A stretch of 63,788 nucleotides of DNA, the filler included, from Lenisia limosa (taxonomy: Eukaryota; Protista; Breviatea): assembly GCA_001655205.1 (NCBI GenBank). It is 16 parts of 16 records of this genome, joined end to end, with 100 filler letters (N's around TTAATTAATTAA, not from the genome) between each part and the next. Parts side by side here need not be neighbours in the genome. Positions count along the whole stretch, not along the records: positions 1 to 11,975 come from LPNZ01010531.1; positions 12,076 to 15,188 come from LPNZ01000077.1; positions 15,289 to 18,017 come from LPNZ01010156.1; 13 more parts are not named here. One strand, given 5' to 3'. Below the pieces are notes generated by a model that was not told the origin of the DNA, did no database searches, and saw only the letters and a list, made by a program, of their open reading frames with translations. Every line of letters begins with the position of its first letter. Positions within the stretch are counted from its first letter, which is position 1. Shown here piece after piece: positions 1 through 17,130 of the stretch. A program made the translations under genes and the position numbers.

Positions 1-3000
1 GAGATTTGAGAGGCACGTATGGGGACAAGGAGGGGGTTGCTGGCTCTAGCAGCACCTTCTAAAAGGGGTTAGAGCTGATCTAACTGATCTACACGGTTTG
101 CACGAAAACAAGAGGGAATATCAGTACGGATGCCAACTTTTGCCGTCTTCCGACAGGTGGAAACAAGGGCTTGGAGCTCTTTCACCCGAGGACTGGTAAA
201 GTGATAGGCTTCTTTCTTGGCTTTGGCCTGGTTAAGGGGGGGGGGTGAGAAACAAGAATACTGAGCTGAAGAAATCTAATGTTGTCAAAACCCAAGAAAA
301 ACAAACAAAAAAAAGCAAAACATCAAAACGCAGTTTATGATATTCCAAGGGCTTTAGGAATGAACATACCTTGGCCTCCTTGCCCTTCTCCTTGACTTCC
401 AAGGAAACAACATCGTCTTTGAGTGAGGGTGCGGAGAGCCGCAGAGTGTGAATGCTGTATGATGAGAGATGGAAGCAATGCGAAATAAAAAACAAGGTAT
501 ATGGCCGAAGCCGTCCACACCATCATGCTTTTATGAGATATTGGATTATAATATTAATTCACCCAATTATTTGCCTTACAACTCTGTGCACACAGCTTTC
601 TGCGTCTCCCCAGCATACAAAAGAGACATCAACACATTCATTTTTTGAGATCTTGATATTCACCCAATTAATATATATTTAATAAATGAAAAATCAGAAC
701 AAAGAAACTCGACAACTAGTCACACCACCCCGCCCCGTGATATCCAGAATGTTGACAATTCCTAAAAAACCTGAGCAGCTGTGTAATCTTCTTCCTGAGT
801 TTTGTTCGCCCGAGCAGAGTGATGTTGTCTCGGCTGACGAGCATGATGCCGCTCATTCTAAAGAGTAAGATGGTGGGTACTTGGTTCTACCTCAGCTGCC
901 ACAGTCACAAAAAAAGATGACAATCTATTCTATAACTGTTGAATTGACACTTCCGATATATTATTATGTCAAATATTTTGCCCTCCCTCCGTACTTTGCT
1001 TTGTTCTTCGCCCCGGTCACGCTCATGCCAAAGGCCGGCCAATATAATCGATCAAGTCCGGCAATCTGAATGTAAAGCCAAGTATCAAAAGAAAATTTGA
1101 GCAGTCAAGACAGCATCAAGCCAGTTGCTTGAGAAAGTGACCGCCTCCTCCCCACAGGAGTAAACCATGTTATGTTGAAATGGGAGAAAATAGATTGAGG
1201 CGGAATATACAGTGACCGGGGACCGGATAAGAATTGACCGACTTGCTATGATTCCCAATGAAAATAGGTTAAGACTTATCCAGGTCACTGTAGATGACAC
1301 CGTTGATTGGATAAAATTAAGGTAAGAATACAAACGTATATGTACATACATATATTCATTTGCATTATAACCCTGTGCACACAGCTTTCTGCGTGCCTCT
1401 CTATGGTGTGTAATATACATACTATATAGTAGCATCACAGCCCGCAAACCATTTTAACTGCCACGGTTCGTCTGTCTTCCGCCTCCATATCCGCCCATGC
1501 CGACATGATACCATCGCAGTAGCCTATAGTATCGTTAGGGTTTCAATTAGGTGCGAAAAAAGACTTCTCACAGGGAAAATATCTGCAATATATAGCTATA
1601 TGATTAGAGCTTGGGTCTGAAAGAGACCGACAAAGTATCGATATTTATCGAGAAGTTATTGGGAAATTCAGTCTTTATTGGGACCGTAGGAAAGCCATAT
1701 ATTTGATTCATACAATATCTCAACCCATCTCACCAATGTCTTTGTCCCCCCCAAAAGAGAGGCACTGCTCCACTTTCTCGTGGGCATCAGGGACCTTGAC
1801 ATGTCAAAAGAAAGAGAATTGTCGATTCATACAAAAGTAGTAATATATATCTTATTACGCATGTAAAAAACAACAATAATATAAAAAAGTCTGAATCCAG
1901 AAAAATAATCAAAGAGAATCACCAGCAAAAAATCAACACCCCTCCGCCCCACATTCAGCCAGGCACCGTGAATGACATGGAACGCCCTGCCTAGAGTGAA
2001 GCTTGTGGGCTTCACCCCGACGTCTGAGGTGAGCCGCCCGATTCGAGCCTTAAAGGGTAATTTCAAATATTTGAACTGATATTAGGGATCAAGTTCGCTG
2101 TGAGTTGAGAAGTTCTGTAAGATTACGCGATTTTCAGTTTTTTTTTTAAAAAAACAAAAACAAAAAACAAAAAAACAAAACATGAAAAAACATTAAAAAA
2201 CGGGGGCGGGGGGGCGGTGATGAGTAGGGAGGAGTGTTTGGTAATAATATATAGTAATGAGAAATAAAAAATAAGATTGTATCTGACCGAAGCCGTCGGT
2301 AATATATAATATAGCTAATATATTGTTTACGGTATCCCTTTGTGTTATTCTTGTATCCCAAGAATATACAAGCTTAAACCGGTAGTTCCCCCCCCCCCAC
2401 TGCAGCCAATAGTTCATGAGCAACAAGCTTGGACGTAACAAAGTCAGGGGACGGTTTGAGGGCCATGGGCACGGCAAGACGCAGCAGTAGGTATGGTTCT
2501 GATGGGGGCTGGAGGAAAGTGTTACCCACTCACAGTCCCATACCAGCATATACACAGAACATATCTTTTCTACAAACATATCATATATCATTTGCTATAC
2601 ATATTCCATAAATTTTCGGACAGTATCTTAGAGTACTATGTGAGAAAAGTCACTTGTTCAACGTCTTCTTTGAGAAAATTTCCTTTTTTATCAGTTTCTT
2701 CTGGAAATCTGTCTGATTCTTGTAACGGACTACCTTCAAAAAAAAAAAAAACCTCAATGACTTATTCTACCCCAGTCNNNNNNNNNNNNNNNNNNNNNNN
2801 NNNNNNNNNNNNNNGCCCTGGTAGCTTACGTTGAGTGGCTGTAGCGGATGCCATGTTGCTGAGGCCTTGGCCGGAATTTCGGTCGGCGTTTTGTTGGAGC
2901 CCTAGGAGGTGAGAACGGATCAATTGTGGAACAAAGATTCCCATAATCAAAGTCTAATAGAGTATCATTTGGGCTATAGTCCCAAAACAGCCCTTATATC

Positions 3001-4260
3001 GATGAATTTTCGAGACTTTATCGAGATAGTTGCTTTTTTCTGACCAAGTGAAGCTTTATGTAGCATATATCACATGAGACTTATTATACACATTTACGAT
3101 TGCTTTACAAATGAGTTTTTAGTGAGGCAATACACTCTGAAGAGCTCACATCCGATTCATCGGAAGGTACCGCAAGAACGCCGGTTTGTGTAACTGACTA
3201 AAAAGAAAATTATATACGGGCGGTTTGGAGTTTCGAAATTCTTGATAAATTCTCGATCATTATTCGAGAAGATCAACTAAAATGCTAATAACCTTCAACA
3301 TCCACACCAACAACCTTCAACATCCAGCCAATAACTTTCTAACCAGAACCCACGTTGAGATTCTGGACTACAGAGGCGGATGGCGGAAGTTGGAACTCTG
3401 AAAATGGTCAAACAATCGCCGTAAACAGAGTAACCTTTGCATATAAGAGGTTTATCCAGCCACCTTTGATTATTGTTATTGATGACTGCTGAGAGCAGAC
3501 TTAGCCAGACCCACCCTTGGGTTTAATAGACTATTTATCCGATTATTTTTGTTGGATTATTCAGCCAGCCCTACCCTCATGAGGCGTTGTGACCCAAATT
3601 CGGAAATCAGCCGCTCTGAGGCGCCAACGCCTGCACAGATACTCCCTGTGTGTGTGAGTTTTTCAAGTTGTTAAGGATTGTCAGGATCGCAATGATATAT
3701 ATATCATATGCCAAGCTCGCTCGAGGGTTGAGAAGTCCACTACATGGGATGTTAAATATTTTCAATAATATATCATATGTTGGGCTTTACTTCGGTTCGA
3801 AAAAGAAGGAATTTCTCGATAAATCTTCGAAAATTATCGATATTATTCCGATTTTTTTGAACAGAAGTGAAGCCCAAATGACATGTTGAGGAATTAGAAA
3901 TCTTTGTACACAATGGTATCCTTATGTATCACGCTGTATTCCCCAGATTTTATTTACTATCTGATTTTTGTCCAAAAAAATGGGGTGATCGACTTGTCGG
4001 TAGAATTAATAAACCATTAAAAACACTCAAAAACAAGAAATTCTTCGTGATTCCAAACATTAATAGTATTATTATCTTCTCCTCCTCCAGTAATCCAGTA
4101 ATACGCTAGGTTTTAATCAACAACTCAGAGTCACATCCGCTCCAAAGCCACGTAACCTGATTTGGGCCTCCGACACCAGCTCATCTGGGAAGAAGCCGTT
4201 TTCTCCGTCCAGTCGTCGAACGGCAATCTGCCGGGTTAGAAGCCGAAGGCAAAACTTCCA
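1..4260 (-). CDS. Multi-exon hypothetical protein gene (partial; true ends uncertain, may extend to ~5311)
   Basis: Series of GT-AG-bounded open exons on the minus strand, e.g. ARIGRLTSDVGVKPTSFTLGRAFHVIHGAWLN (~1950-2050), MSGIMLVSRDNITLLGRTKLRKKITQLL (~770-860) and IHTLRLSAPSLKDDVVSLEVKEKGKEAK (~370-455); the last two are phase-compatible. No family recognised. Confidence 0.55.
230..320 (-). repeat. Family B repeat, degenerate, ending at a 3' splice site (..CTCACCCCCCCCTTAACCAG)
   Basis: T-rich body similar to other B copies, C-run and AG acceptor; sense to the minus-strand host. Confidence 0.45.
498..618 (-). repeat. Family C dispersed repeat (near full length)
   Basis: GGCCGAAGCCGTCCACACCATC..GAGATATTGGATTAT..ATTCACCCAAT(C/T)ATTTGCCTTACAACTC..GCACACAGCTTTCTGCGT..CCAGCATAC; matches ~15 other loci. 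Confidence 0.8.
1210..1290. mobile_element. Tc1/mariner-like MITE (family D), 81 bp
   Basis: TA|CAGTGACC..GGATAAG ... CTTATCC.GGTCACTG|TA; same-length copy at 62887-62967, partial copy at ~22455-22521. Confidence 0.7.
1605..1699. mobile_element. hAT-like MITE (family A)
   Basis: Degenerate TAGGGC termini; flanks TATATGAT/TATTTGAT (7/8 TSD). Confidence 0.7.
2969..3058. mobile_element. hAT-like MITE (family A)
   Basis: Fold-back body; flanks AGTATCAT/TGTAGCAT (6/8). Confidence 0.65.
3780..3877. mobile_element. hAT-like MITE (family A)
   Basis: TIR GGGCTTTACTTCGGTTCGAAAAAG / TTTTTGAACAGAAGTGAAGCCC; flanks ATCATATG/ATGACATG (6/8). Confidence 0.75.
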
Positions 4261-5609
4261 TTTTCAAGTTGAATGATATGTTTTTGAGAATGAATTGAGG
4301 TCGTATTAAATCCATTAAATCCCTCCGTTTCGTTGTAGTTGAAATGAATAAATGAGGAAATCGGGAACTGGTTGGCTCAGAAAGGCGACATTGTTCGTAT
4401 ACCTCTCAAAGTATATATTTTTTTAAATAGAAACACTCTGAGGTAGGGGGCAATCAGTCGCCTTACAAAGCAGTAAAAGAAAAAAGGACAAAAGACTATC
4501 TAAGATGTTCAAGGATCAAGGACGGAAACAAAGGAAAAGAGATACGTTCCCCATCTCTCACAACAATTAATTCTCAAAATCAACAAAATGAGATGATAGA
4601 AGGCCAGGAGAGGGCCGGAGAGTCTCACCTTCGAGATAGGAGAGGCCATTGGGGCCGTTCAGATGAAGATGTCTTCTTTTGCGTCCGTATTTCGATTTAA
4701 TTGTGATATAAAAACATAATACATCAATATTGCTGCAATTTTGGTCAGATTTGATAATTCACCCAATTTTAATGCTTTAAAAAAGTATGCACAAGGAAAC
4801 TGCTTACTTTTGTTCTTTTTTGCTGTTTGCTTTTGCACCTCCTCTCCTTTTCTCCCTTTTTACTACTTCTCAGTCCTGTTTATTATTGAAGTAAATTGCA
4901 GGAAAACGGAGAAAAACAGGACATAAGAAAATCATTTCTGAGACAGTGTGAAAGTTCAAGCAATTCTCAACAGTGTTCTTGTTCTAAGGAGCCACGGTAC
5001 CACAGCACTCGAATAGGTTGTCCATTGGGTGGTTTTTCGTGATGGTTGAAGACTAGGCCTGGATGGAAGAGGTGCTTATTTTTTTGAAACTTATTTATTG
5101 TTTTTCCCTTGCTCTTACATCCGTCCTTGTTGTGAGTAGAGTAAATTATTGATCCGTCATCAGAATTCTCCAATGTCGGTGTTGTCGTTCCTAAAAGGTG
5201 TGACTCTGCCAGTGCAAGCAAGAGTGGTGTTTCCCTCGGGTATGTTGCATTTGCATTATTATTTCTGAACCACTGATCATGCATAATACCAGTCTTCATT
5301 TTGATTGCCATTACCCACCCATGTTACCTTTCACTTTTATATCAGTGGGATCACTGACGATCCTTAGCTCTCTAAAAAAAAAAAAATAATACAAAATATG
5401 TTCCCTTTCTTTCTTTTGGCATGACATTTTTAGTCTCTAAGCTTGTTGACTTGCTTAGACCCCCAGTTCTTANNNNNNNNNNNNNNNNNNNNNNNNNNNN
5501 NNNNNNNNNNNNNNNNNNNNNNNNNNNNNNNNNNNNNNNNNNNNNNTTTTCATTCCCGTGTAGGTTAAGCGTTCCTTCGTCTCCTTCCAATCCGCAGGTT
5601 TGTACGGGC

Positions 5610-6156
5610 GCCCTCGGGGTTTAAGTTGTCACGTAAATTTAACCAAATTTTAAAAGTGCACTCGGCAAATCAAAATTTTAGCTTAAAATTTTTATCAAAT
5701 TTTAAAAAATTTTAAGTAGCTCGATTTTGGCTCGGTTCTCGTCTCTTTGACACTCCCATTTCTCGTCCATTTTGCTCAAGCTTTGATTAACATTTGCTCC
5801 ATTGATATATTTGTACCTATCCAGCAATCCTTGCACAAAATCTGGCGATTAGAAGAGCTTTGACTGTTCGTTGGAGCTGTTTTTGGCTTGCTACTTGATG
5901 TTAATTGATAACTGAGACTATGTCACTTCATTTCGAGTAAAATTCTGCTTGAAAACGAAAGTCAAAGATACGCTTTTTTTAACTTGAGAACAGTCTTCCC
6001 CTGGCAATCCTCGAAATGGAATTGTTATGCTTATCAAGTGCTTGTAACAGCATCAGAGCTTGCTTATCGAGTTGAAGAGTTCATAAAACTTAGCATGCCG
6101 AGTGCTCATCCATAATTTTAGCTAAATTTACGTAAAAACTCAAACCCCGAGGGGGC
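5610..6156. mobile_element. ~550-bp non-autonomous element with imperfect terminal inverted repeats
   Basis: GCCCTCGGGGTTTAAG..ACGTAAATTTA (5610-5641) inverted to TAAATTTACGT..CTCAAACCCCGAGGGG (6123-6154); interior has stop-interrupted reading frames. Confidence 0.5.
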
Positions 6157-6289
6157 TCTAAGTGACGTAGATTTATTTGTATTTTTGACAAAAAAAAACA
6201 GCTTTTAAATGTGGTGCCTTATTTACATATTGAGGAAAACTTAGGTATTCAAAGAGTTTTTTCTTGTCTTGCAGCTTTTGGGACCAAAG

Positions 6290-11643
<5,354 letters not shown>

Positions 11644-12019
11644 TAAAGCACCTCCTCTCCCTTCTAATATCTTCACCTCCAAATGCTTAGCCACTAGAGT
11701 TTAGTAAGGGTTTTTTTTGTTTAATAAATCTTCCATATTACCCCCCCCCCCCCNNNNNNNNNNNNNNNNNNNNNNNNNNNNNNNNACCTTCTTTTTTTTT
11801 TTCATTCGGCTTGGAAGTCAAGAGTTAAGAGATCTTGAGACATAAACATCTTTCAAAATTTGAAGAAAGAAGAATATGGAGACATTATAGAAAACATACT
11901 TGAAAAGTTTATAGTGTATACTAAAAAACAAAAATAATAAAAGAAATACTCCAAAGCGAACCAAGTGTGCACTGGNNNNNNNNNNNNNNNNNNNNNNNNN
12001 NNNNNNNNNNNNNNNNNNN

Positions 12020-12031
12020 TTAATTAATTAA
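12020..12031. other. Artificial scaffold-joining linker TTAATTAATTAA (first of 15: 12020, 15233, 18062, 19736, 22397, 25080, 27213, 28540, 37068, 39591, 41440, 49687, 52107, 60389, 62122)
   Basis: Identical 12-mer with stops in all six frames, always embedded in ~44-nt N runs on each side. Confidence 0.97.
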
Positions 12032-12199
12032 NNNNNNNNNNNNNNNNNNNNNNNNNNNNNNNNNNNNNNNNNNNNAGAGATTAATTCTCGCTTAAGAGCA
12101 TTTCTGGACAGTTGTAATTTGTTTATGGTAGCCCTATATATTATATATTTCCTTGGTTTTTTAACTTAGTATACATATGCATATCACTCTTGCTCTCAA

Positions 12200-13554
12200 A
12201 AGCTACTCTGAACAAACTCCTCCGCTTCGCCATAGTTAGCATGTAAAAATAATAACCACAAAACAGATATTGCAAACCCTTCCATCCAGCGAATAACGGG
12301 GGTTGAGTAAATTGCCGAAGACGCCTCAGTAAACCAGCGAATGTTCTAAAATCGTAACTTCTCAGAATCCTGGAAAGGACACTGTGAAGAAATCCTGCGG
12401 TCCAAAAAGAGCAACAAAATGTTATTTTAATATATTTGTTATAATTATTCCAAATGCATTTCAGAGTATCAGCCAGCCCTACCAGTCCATTGAAGCATTT
12501 TTCGTCAGCTAAGCTTTTGGACTTATCGCTGCATCCGTTAGATTGATGAGATCAAATTATTCCATTAAATCCAATCAGATCCACATTAGATTAGTCATCT
12601 GGGTGAAGAAAAGATCATCTGGCCGAAGTTGGATTATCCCAGATTTAGTTTTCTGATACATTATACATATTATAAATAATTCTGATACTACAAGCCTTGT
12701 TCACGCCATCACCGTATGGAGTACGATTACGGCATTTCGCATCCATCAAATATTATCACTTTTTGGGTCATTTTCACACGTGTGAACAATCATTTTCCAC
12801 GCAGTGATATGATACCTCATCCACTCGTATGATAATTGACCGACAAGTCTCGATGCTACTCTGATACACTCAGGATACACCCTCGTGTCATCTTCATTCA
12901 TCAGAACTCAAATCGGTCATATGATCATATCACTAGTCAGTATTTGTACAAACGTGCGAAAAGTCGTCCGAAGAAAACTAACTGCACTCAAGGATTCCCT
13001 TCGGTTAAAAAAAGTCGATAATTTCCAGGTTATTTTCGAACCGAAGTGAAGCCCTAACTGTACTAGACGAGTTCATACGTGTGAAAATGATGCAAAAGGT
13101 GAAATACTCCAACCCGATTTTCACTATGCTTTTGTGGGTGAGATGAAAGAGAGAGATGTAATAAGGAAAATAAAAACAAATAAAAATAAAGGGTTCTACT
13201 TAAAAAACGTTTATGACGATTAGCAGCAGGAGTTAGTTACCATTTAGAGAATTCAGTAAGGTTTCAATGAAGAATGAAATAAGCAGAGTTGGCAGGATTT
13301 CGACAGAAGGACTGCTTTTTCAGAGATAATAGAAAAATTATACGGGACCAAAGCAAGAAGAGAGAGGCGTGATATATCAAAGGGAGTTGTAACAAAGATG
13401 CAAAGACATACAAGATCACTGTTTCAGGAGAATGTCTTCCTGGCGTTCTAAACTTCGATGAACCGTCGTCAATGGTTCCTAACACCGCTTGAAGAAGAGC
13501 AAAGGCGACCAGAGTGAAGATCAACTTTTTAGGGTTTTCAAGGAACCACCTCAT
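12200..13554 (-). CDS. Hypothetical multi-pass membrane protein, multi-exon
   Basis: First exon MRWFLENPKKLIFTLVAFALLQAVLG..VILYVFASLLQLPLIYHASLFLLW with hydrophobic segments; further candidate exons to ~12.2 kb. Confidence 0.45.
12768..13090. mobile_element. Family G TIR element (~320 bp) carrying a nested family A MITE
   Basis: TCATTTTCACACGTGTGAAC / GTTCATACGTGTGAAAATGA inverted ends; interior CTCTGATACACTCAGGATA..CATATGATCAT recurs at ~54360-54445 and ~24380-24430. Confidence 0.65.
12989..13056. mobile_element. hAT-like MITE (family A), internally deleted
   Basis: Flanks ACTGCACT/ACTGTACT (7/8 TSD). Confidence 0.75.
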
Positions 13555-13913
13555 TTCGTCGTTTCTGAGTGTGGTTTCACTGAAAAATATGGTATAAACA
13601 GGAAAGAGAGGGAAATTCAGATTAATCTTTTCGTTTTTATTAAAATTCAGTCAATTTGCTTGATTATGTTAACCTTGCTCCCAAAGACATAATACCCCCT
13701 CCTTCCTTCTCTTCCCTTGAAACACAAACAATTTTAAACTATCTAAGAGATACTGCAGGATAAAACTCCCTTACCTCTTCCAACGTGACAGTGATCTGTT
13801 GCCTGTTTCAATAGATCATCTCCCAGCCTCCAATATGCTTACACTACCGAACCACACACTGGTAGACACAATTAATGTACAAATAAGAAATGCAATATTG
13901 TTTCCTCAGACAA

Positions 13914-14611
13914 TTAGCGTTGTTTAAATAAGTTAATTTTCATGTTTTTCAAAACCTACAGAAATGAGAACACTTTGTTTTCAACAATGTCTTACCTGTG
14001 AAACGGTTTGCTCAGAGAGCTTCGTGTTGCTGAGAACAGATCTTTCTGAAACCTCTTCCCAAGCGGCGTTTGTCAAAATTCTAATACATAAGCTCAGGTA
14101 ACACACTTGTCTTACCCGTTGTTGAACATTTCGTCCAGGAAAAGCGACACCAAAACCATTTCGTTGAGAATGGAGGAAGCATTTAGAGTAAAGCAGGCAT
14201 TACATAAAACAAAGCAAACCCATTAATGTTCTTTAGTCCTTCTTGTACCGTGGCAAGGCATGATACCATCAGAGTTTCCGAGCCCTCAGGGTTAGAGCCC
14301 ATCATTAAAAGGACGTCGTTGTGTGTTGAGAAGCAGATCACGTTCTCATCAATTAGAAGAGTTTCGCCAGAGGCTCCTGGGATAAGTGGTAATAACAAAC
14401 CTTCTGGGTATTGCCAGCATTTGGATGAGACTGATCGCACCATCGACAAGAATGATGACCGTTTTTGATCTGTCTTGTCACGAAGGGGAAACGAACGAAA
14501 AGACTTGATCCCCGGTGGCTTACCGTTGTACTGTTGCGCCAACAGAATGTTATGATGGTTATCAGTGAAAGCAATCCATTGGAAGGCCTGTATTAAGTGG
14601 TTTGTCTTCAT
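13914..14611 (-). CDS. Divergent zeta-COP / sigma-adaptin-like longin-fold protein (about 5 exons)
   Basis: FQWIAFTDNHHNILLAQQYN resembles zeta-COP 'AILILDNDGDRLFAKYY'; NEMVLVSLFLDEMFNNG|ILT resembles 'L..DEIVDGG.ILE'; C-terminal LSEQTVSQ|VLKNMK resembles 'LTEQTVSQVLQSAK' (recalled similarity, not a database search). Confidence 0.6.
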
Positions 14612-15426
14612 TGTGCGGCTTGAAACAGGGTGGATCGGGTGGAAACAATGGGTTGGAGGGGGTTCGCTCTTTTCGATATTTATGGTCTTTATTTGTGGCT
14701 AACTAATAAAAATATGCTATTACAGACTGTTTGAAGGAGAAGAGGGAGAAATTTCAAAAGTGAAAAGCAAAAGGGAGATACCAGTCTATTTTCGAAATTA
14801 CACATTGTCCAATTTTATGATTGGTTTCCTGTTTGCAACTTAATTGCAACTTTCCTGCGCAGTTATTCAGCAGTTATTGGTAATTCAGCTCTTGTTTTTT
14901 CCGATTAACAAAGTGGAGGGCAAAGTGACCAACAATACTACTGATTGAAATCTAAAGTCCAGATATGATACGATAATGGTCAAAGCCATCAACATCCCCT
15001 CTTCCTGCTATTACATATCATATGATATGAAAGACCTCTTGTTAATCAATTGAATCCAATGTATTCAAGTGCCAAAGCCATAAAGGAAGCCTAAAGCTCG
15101 TCTTCGTATTGCTCCTCAGTTTCCATGAAGATTTCCTCTTCCTCGTCATCATCCTCAACAAATTCCATTTCAACCTGGGGGGGGGGGGNNNNNNNNNNNN
15201 NNNNNNNNNNNNNNNNNNNNNNNNNNNNNNNNTTAATTAATTAANNNNNNNNNNNNNNNNNNNNNNNNNNNNNNNNNNNNNNNNNNNNGTGTGTATGGGG
15301 GGGGGGGTCTAATTCCCCTAAATTCTTTAATTTTCGCCTTCCATTAATTTCTATTTTCCCCTAGTTTCTGTAAATTTTCCTATTTCCTTCTAATCTCATT
15401 ATGTTTCTCTTATCCTCCTCCCCCAG

Positions 15427-17130
15427 GCGAGCGGCACCATCCCCTAAAGTCTCACCTAATTTCCCCAACTTCTCTGTCTAAATTATCACATTTCCCCAAC
15501 TTCTCTGTCTAAATTATCACATTTCCCCAACTTATCTGTCTAAATTATCACATTTCCCCAACTTTTCTGTCTAAATTATCACATTTCCCCAACTTTTCTG
15601 TCTAAATTATCACATTTCCTTAACCCCCCCAGGTGAGAGCGATATTATTCCGCCAGCGCCGGTTGTCGCAAAACCCCAAAAGCCCATGCCCGGCAAAACA
15701 GTATCGGCTGTGCCTCCATCGCCGCCGCGCGAGGTTCGTGGATTGTTGCATTGAAGTAATTTTATATAATTAATAGCAATCAGTATAGCGNNNNNNNNNN
15801 NNNNNNNNNNNNNNNNNNNNNNNNNNNNNNNNNNNNNNNNNNNNNNNNNNNNNNNNNNNNNNNNNNNNNNNNNNNNNTGTCAATATAGCGTGGATTATTG
15901 TGTCGCAATTATGATTTCTTGTTCTTCAGTATACTCTCGATAAGTGTCAATATTTTATTGCTCTTTTTGGATCGTATGGAAGTTATGCATTTAGTGCTTC
16001 ACTTCGGTCCGAAAAGGACCGGTAAAATATTGATACTTACCGAGAATTTATCGAGAAATTCATTCTTTTTTGGGATTGTATATTTGGGAATTCAAAACTA
16101 TCATGGAGCTATTGTGAAGGTAGAAGGTGTTTTGTGTTACAAATAAAACATACGGGGGTACCATATAAACGAAGACTTGTAGGACATAGAAATTACTTCG
16201 TGATATGTAATAGGCTCTAATTTATTATCGCAATGTGTCTACTTTCCTTTCTTGGCAGGTTCAATAGCAACAGCTTCCTAATTTGGCAGGTTCTTGTTCC
16301 TGACGTCAGCCCCACGATCATCCCGATTATTGATGCAACAAGTGTAAAGGACTTGCCTATTTCGGAACCCGTACAAGGTAGGCCCATGGCGTCTCAGGTA
16401 CCGTAAACTTTGTGAACCTTATAACACCCTTATATTATAATAAATGAAGTATAGTGGAAAACAAAGATGGATATAGTTATAACCTGCCAAAAGAGTTGAT
16501 ATTGTGATTATTTGTTTCATTAATTGCCCTGCCTCACCAACATAATTAATATTGGACTTTTTGTTTGTTTCATTAACCCCCCTCCGCGCCCTATACGCTG
16601 GAGAGATGGGATGCGGTGCCGCAGAGGCGACTGGCCTGTGCTTTGTTTGTTTTTTTGTTGTTATCAACCCTCGTGTGTTGCCAGCCAATAGAGTTGATTT
16701 TGGGCTTTTTTTGTTTCAAATATTTTCCAATTTTACCCCCCCCCCCCGCAGACATTCCACTGGCCNNNNNNNNNNNNNNNNNNNNNNNNNNNNNNNNNNN
16801 NNNNNNNNNNNNNNNNNNNNNNNNNNNNNNNNNNCTCCCTATCTCGCCGCCAGAAAACGCCGATCTTATCTCATCGTCTCTGGTTTCCGAAATCCTCTCA
16901 CACCACGACATCATTCCGATGACCATGGCCCCGCTTCCGATCTCAGGATCCGGCTCGGAGCTGACTCCGCTTTTGCCCGTACCGCAGGTCTCTCTTAACC
17001 CCAATGACCGTTTAATGGTTCCGATGGCGGCTGACGTTCCGATGATTTCCGCTTCTCCGCCCACTATTACTGGCTTCACCCCGATTGCTGCGTCGCCTCC
17101 CCCTACTGGTTGGGGGGGGGGGTGCAAGAA
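15427..17130 (+). CDS. Pro/Ser-rich hypothetical protein, multi-exon, partial
   Basis: Exons GESDIIPPAPVVAKPQKPMPGK (~15632-15734), FNSNSFLIWQVLVPDVSPTIIPIIDATSVKDLPISEPVQ (~16260-16377), phase-matched to (D)IPLA..LPISPPENADL (from 16752). Confidence 0.55.
15459..15613 (+). repeat. 31-bp minisatellite, 5 copies, intronic
   Basis: ATTTCCCCAACTT(C/A/T)TCTGTCTAAATTATCAC x5. Confidence 0.9.
15992..16080. mobile_element. hAT-like MITE (family A), right end decayed
   Basis: TAGTGCTTCACTTCGGTCCGAAAAGGACCGG.. Confidence 0.7.
16595..16751 (+). repeat. Family B repeat, full length, ending at the acceptor of intron 16378-16751
   Basis: CGCTGGAGAGATGGGATGCGGTGCCGCAGAGGCGACTGGCCTG..TATCAACCCTCGTGTGTTGCCAGCCAATAGAGTTGATTTTGGGC..TTTTCCAATTTTACCCCCCCCCCCCGCAG|. 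Confidence 0.9.

Noticed and set aside
4967-5311. 114-aa minus-strand ORF as a viral or mobile-element gene
   Set aside because: No recognisable motif; could be a 5' exon of the adjacent minus-strand gene.
12020-12031. Regularly recurring TTAATTAATTAA as a biological repeat, telomere-like motif or CRISPR-like array
   Set aside because: Always embedded in uniform N padding; a six-frame-stop assembly linker.
15459-15613. 31-bp direct repeats as a CRISPR array
   Set aside because: Units are contiguous with no unique spacers, the context is a eukaryotic intron, and there are no cas genes.
16595-16751. Family B as an snRNA/SL-RNA (GATTTTGG Sm-site-like motif) or tRNA-derived SINE
   Set aside because: The Sm-like octamer lies in T-rich sequence where chance matches are likely; no A/B boxes, copies are variously truncated, and no known snRNA similarity was recognised.
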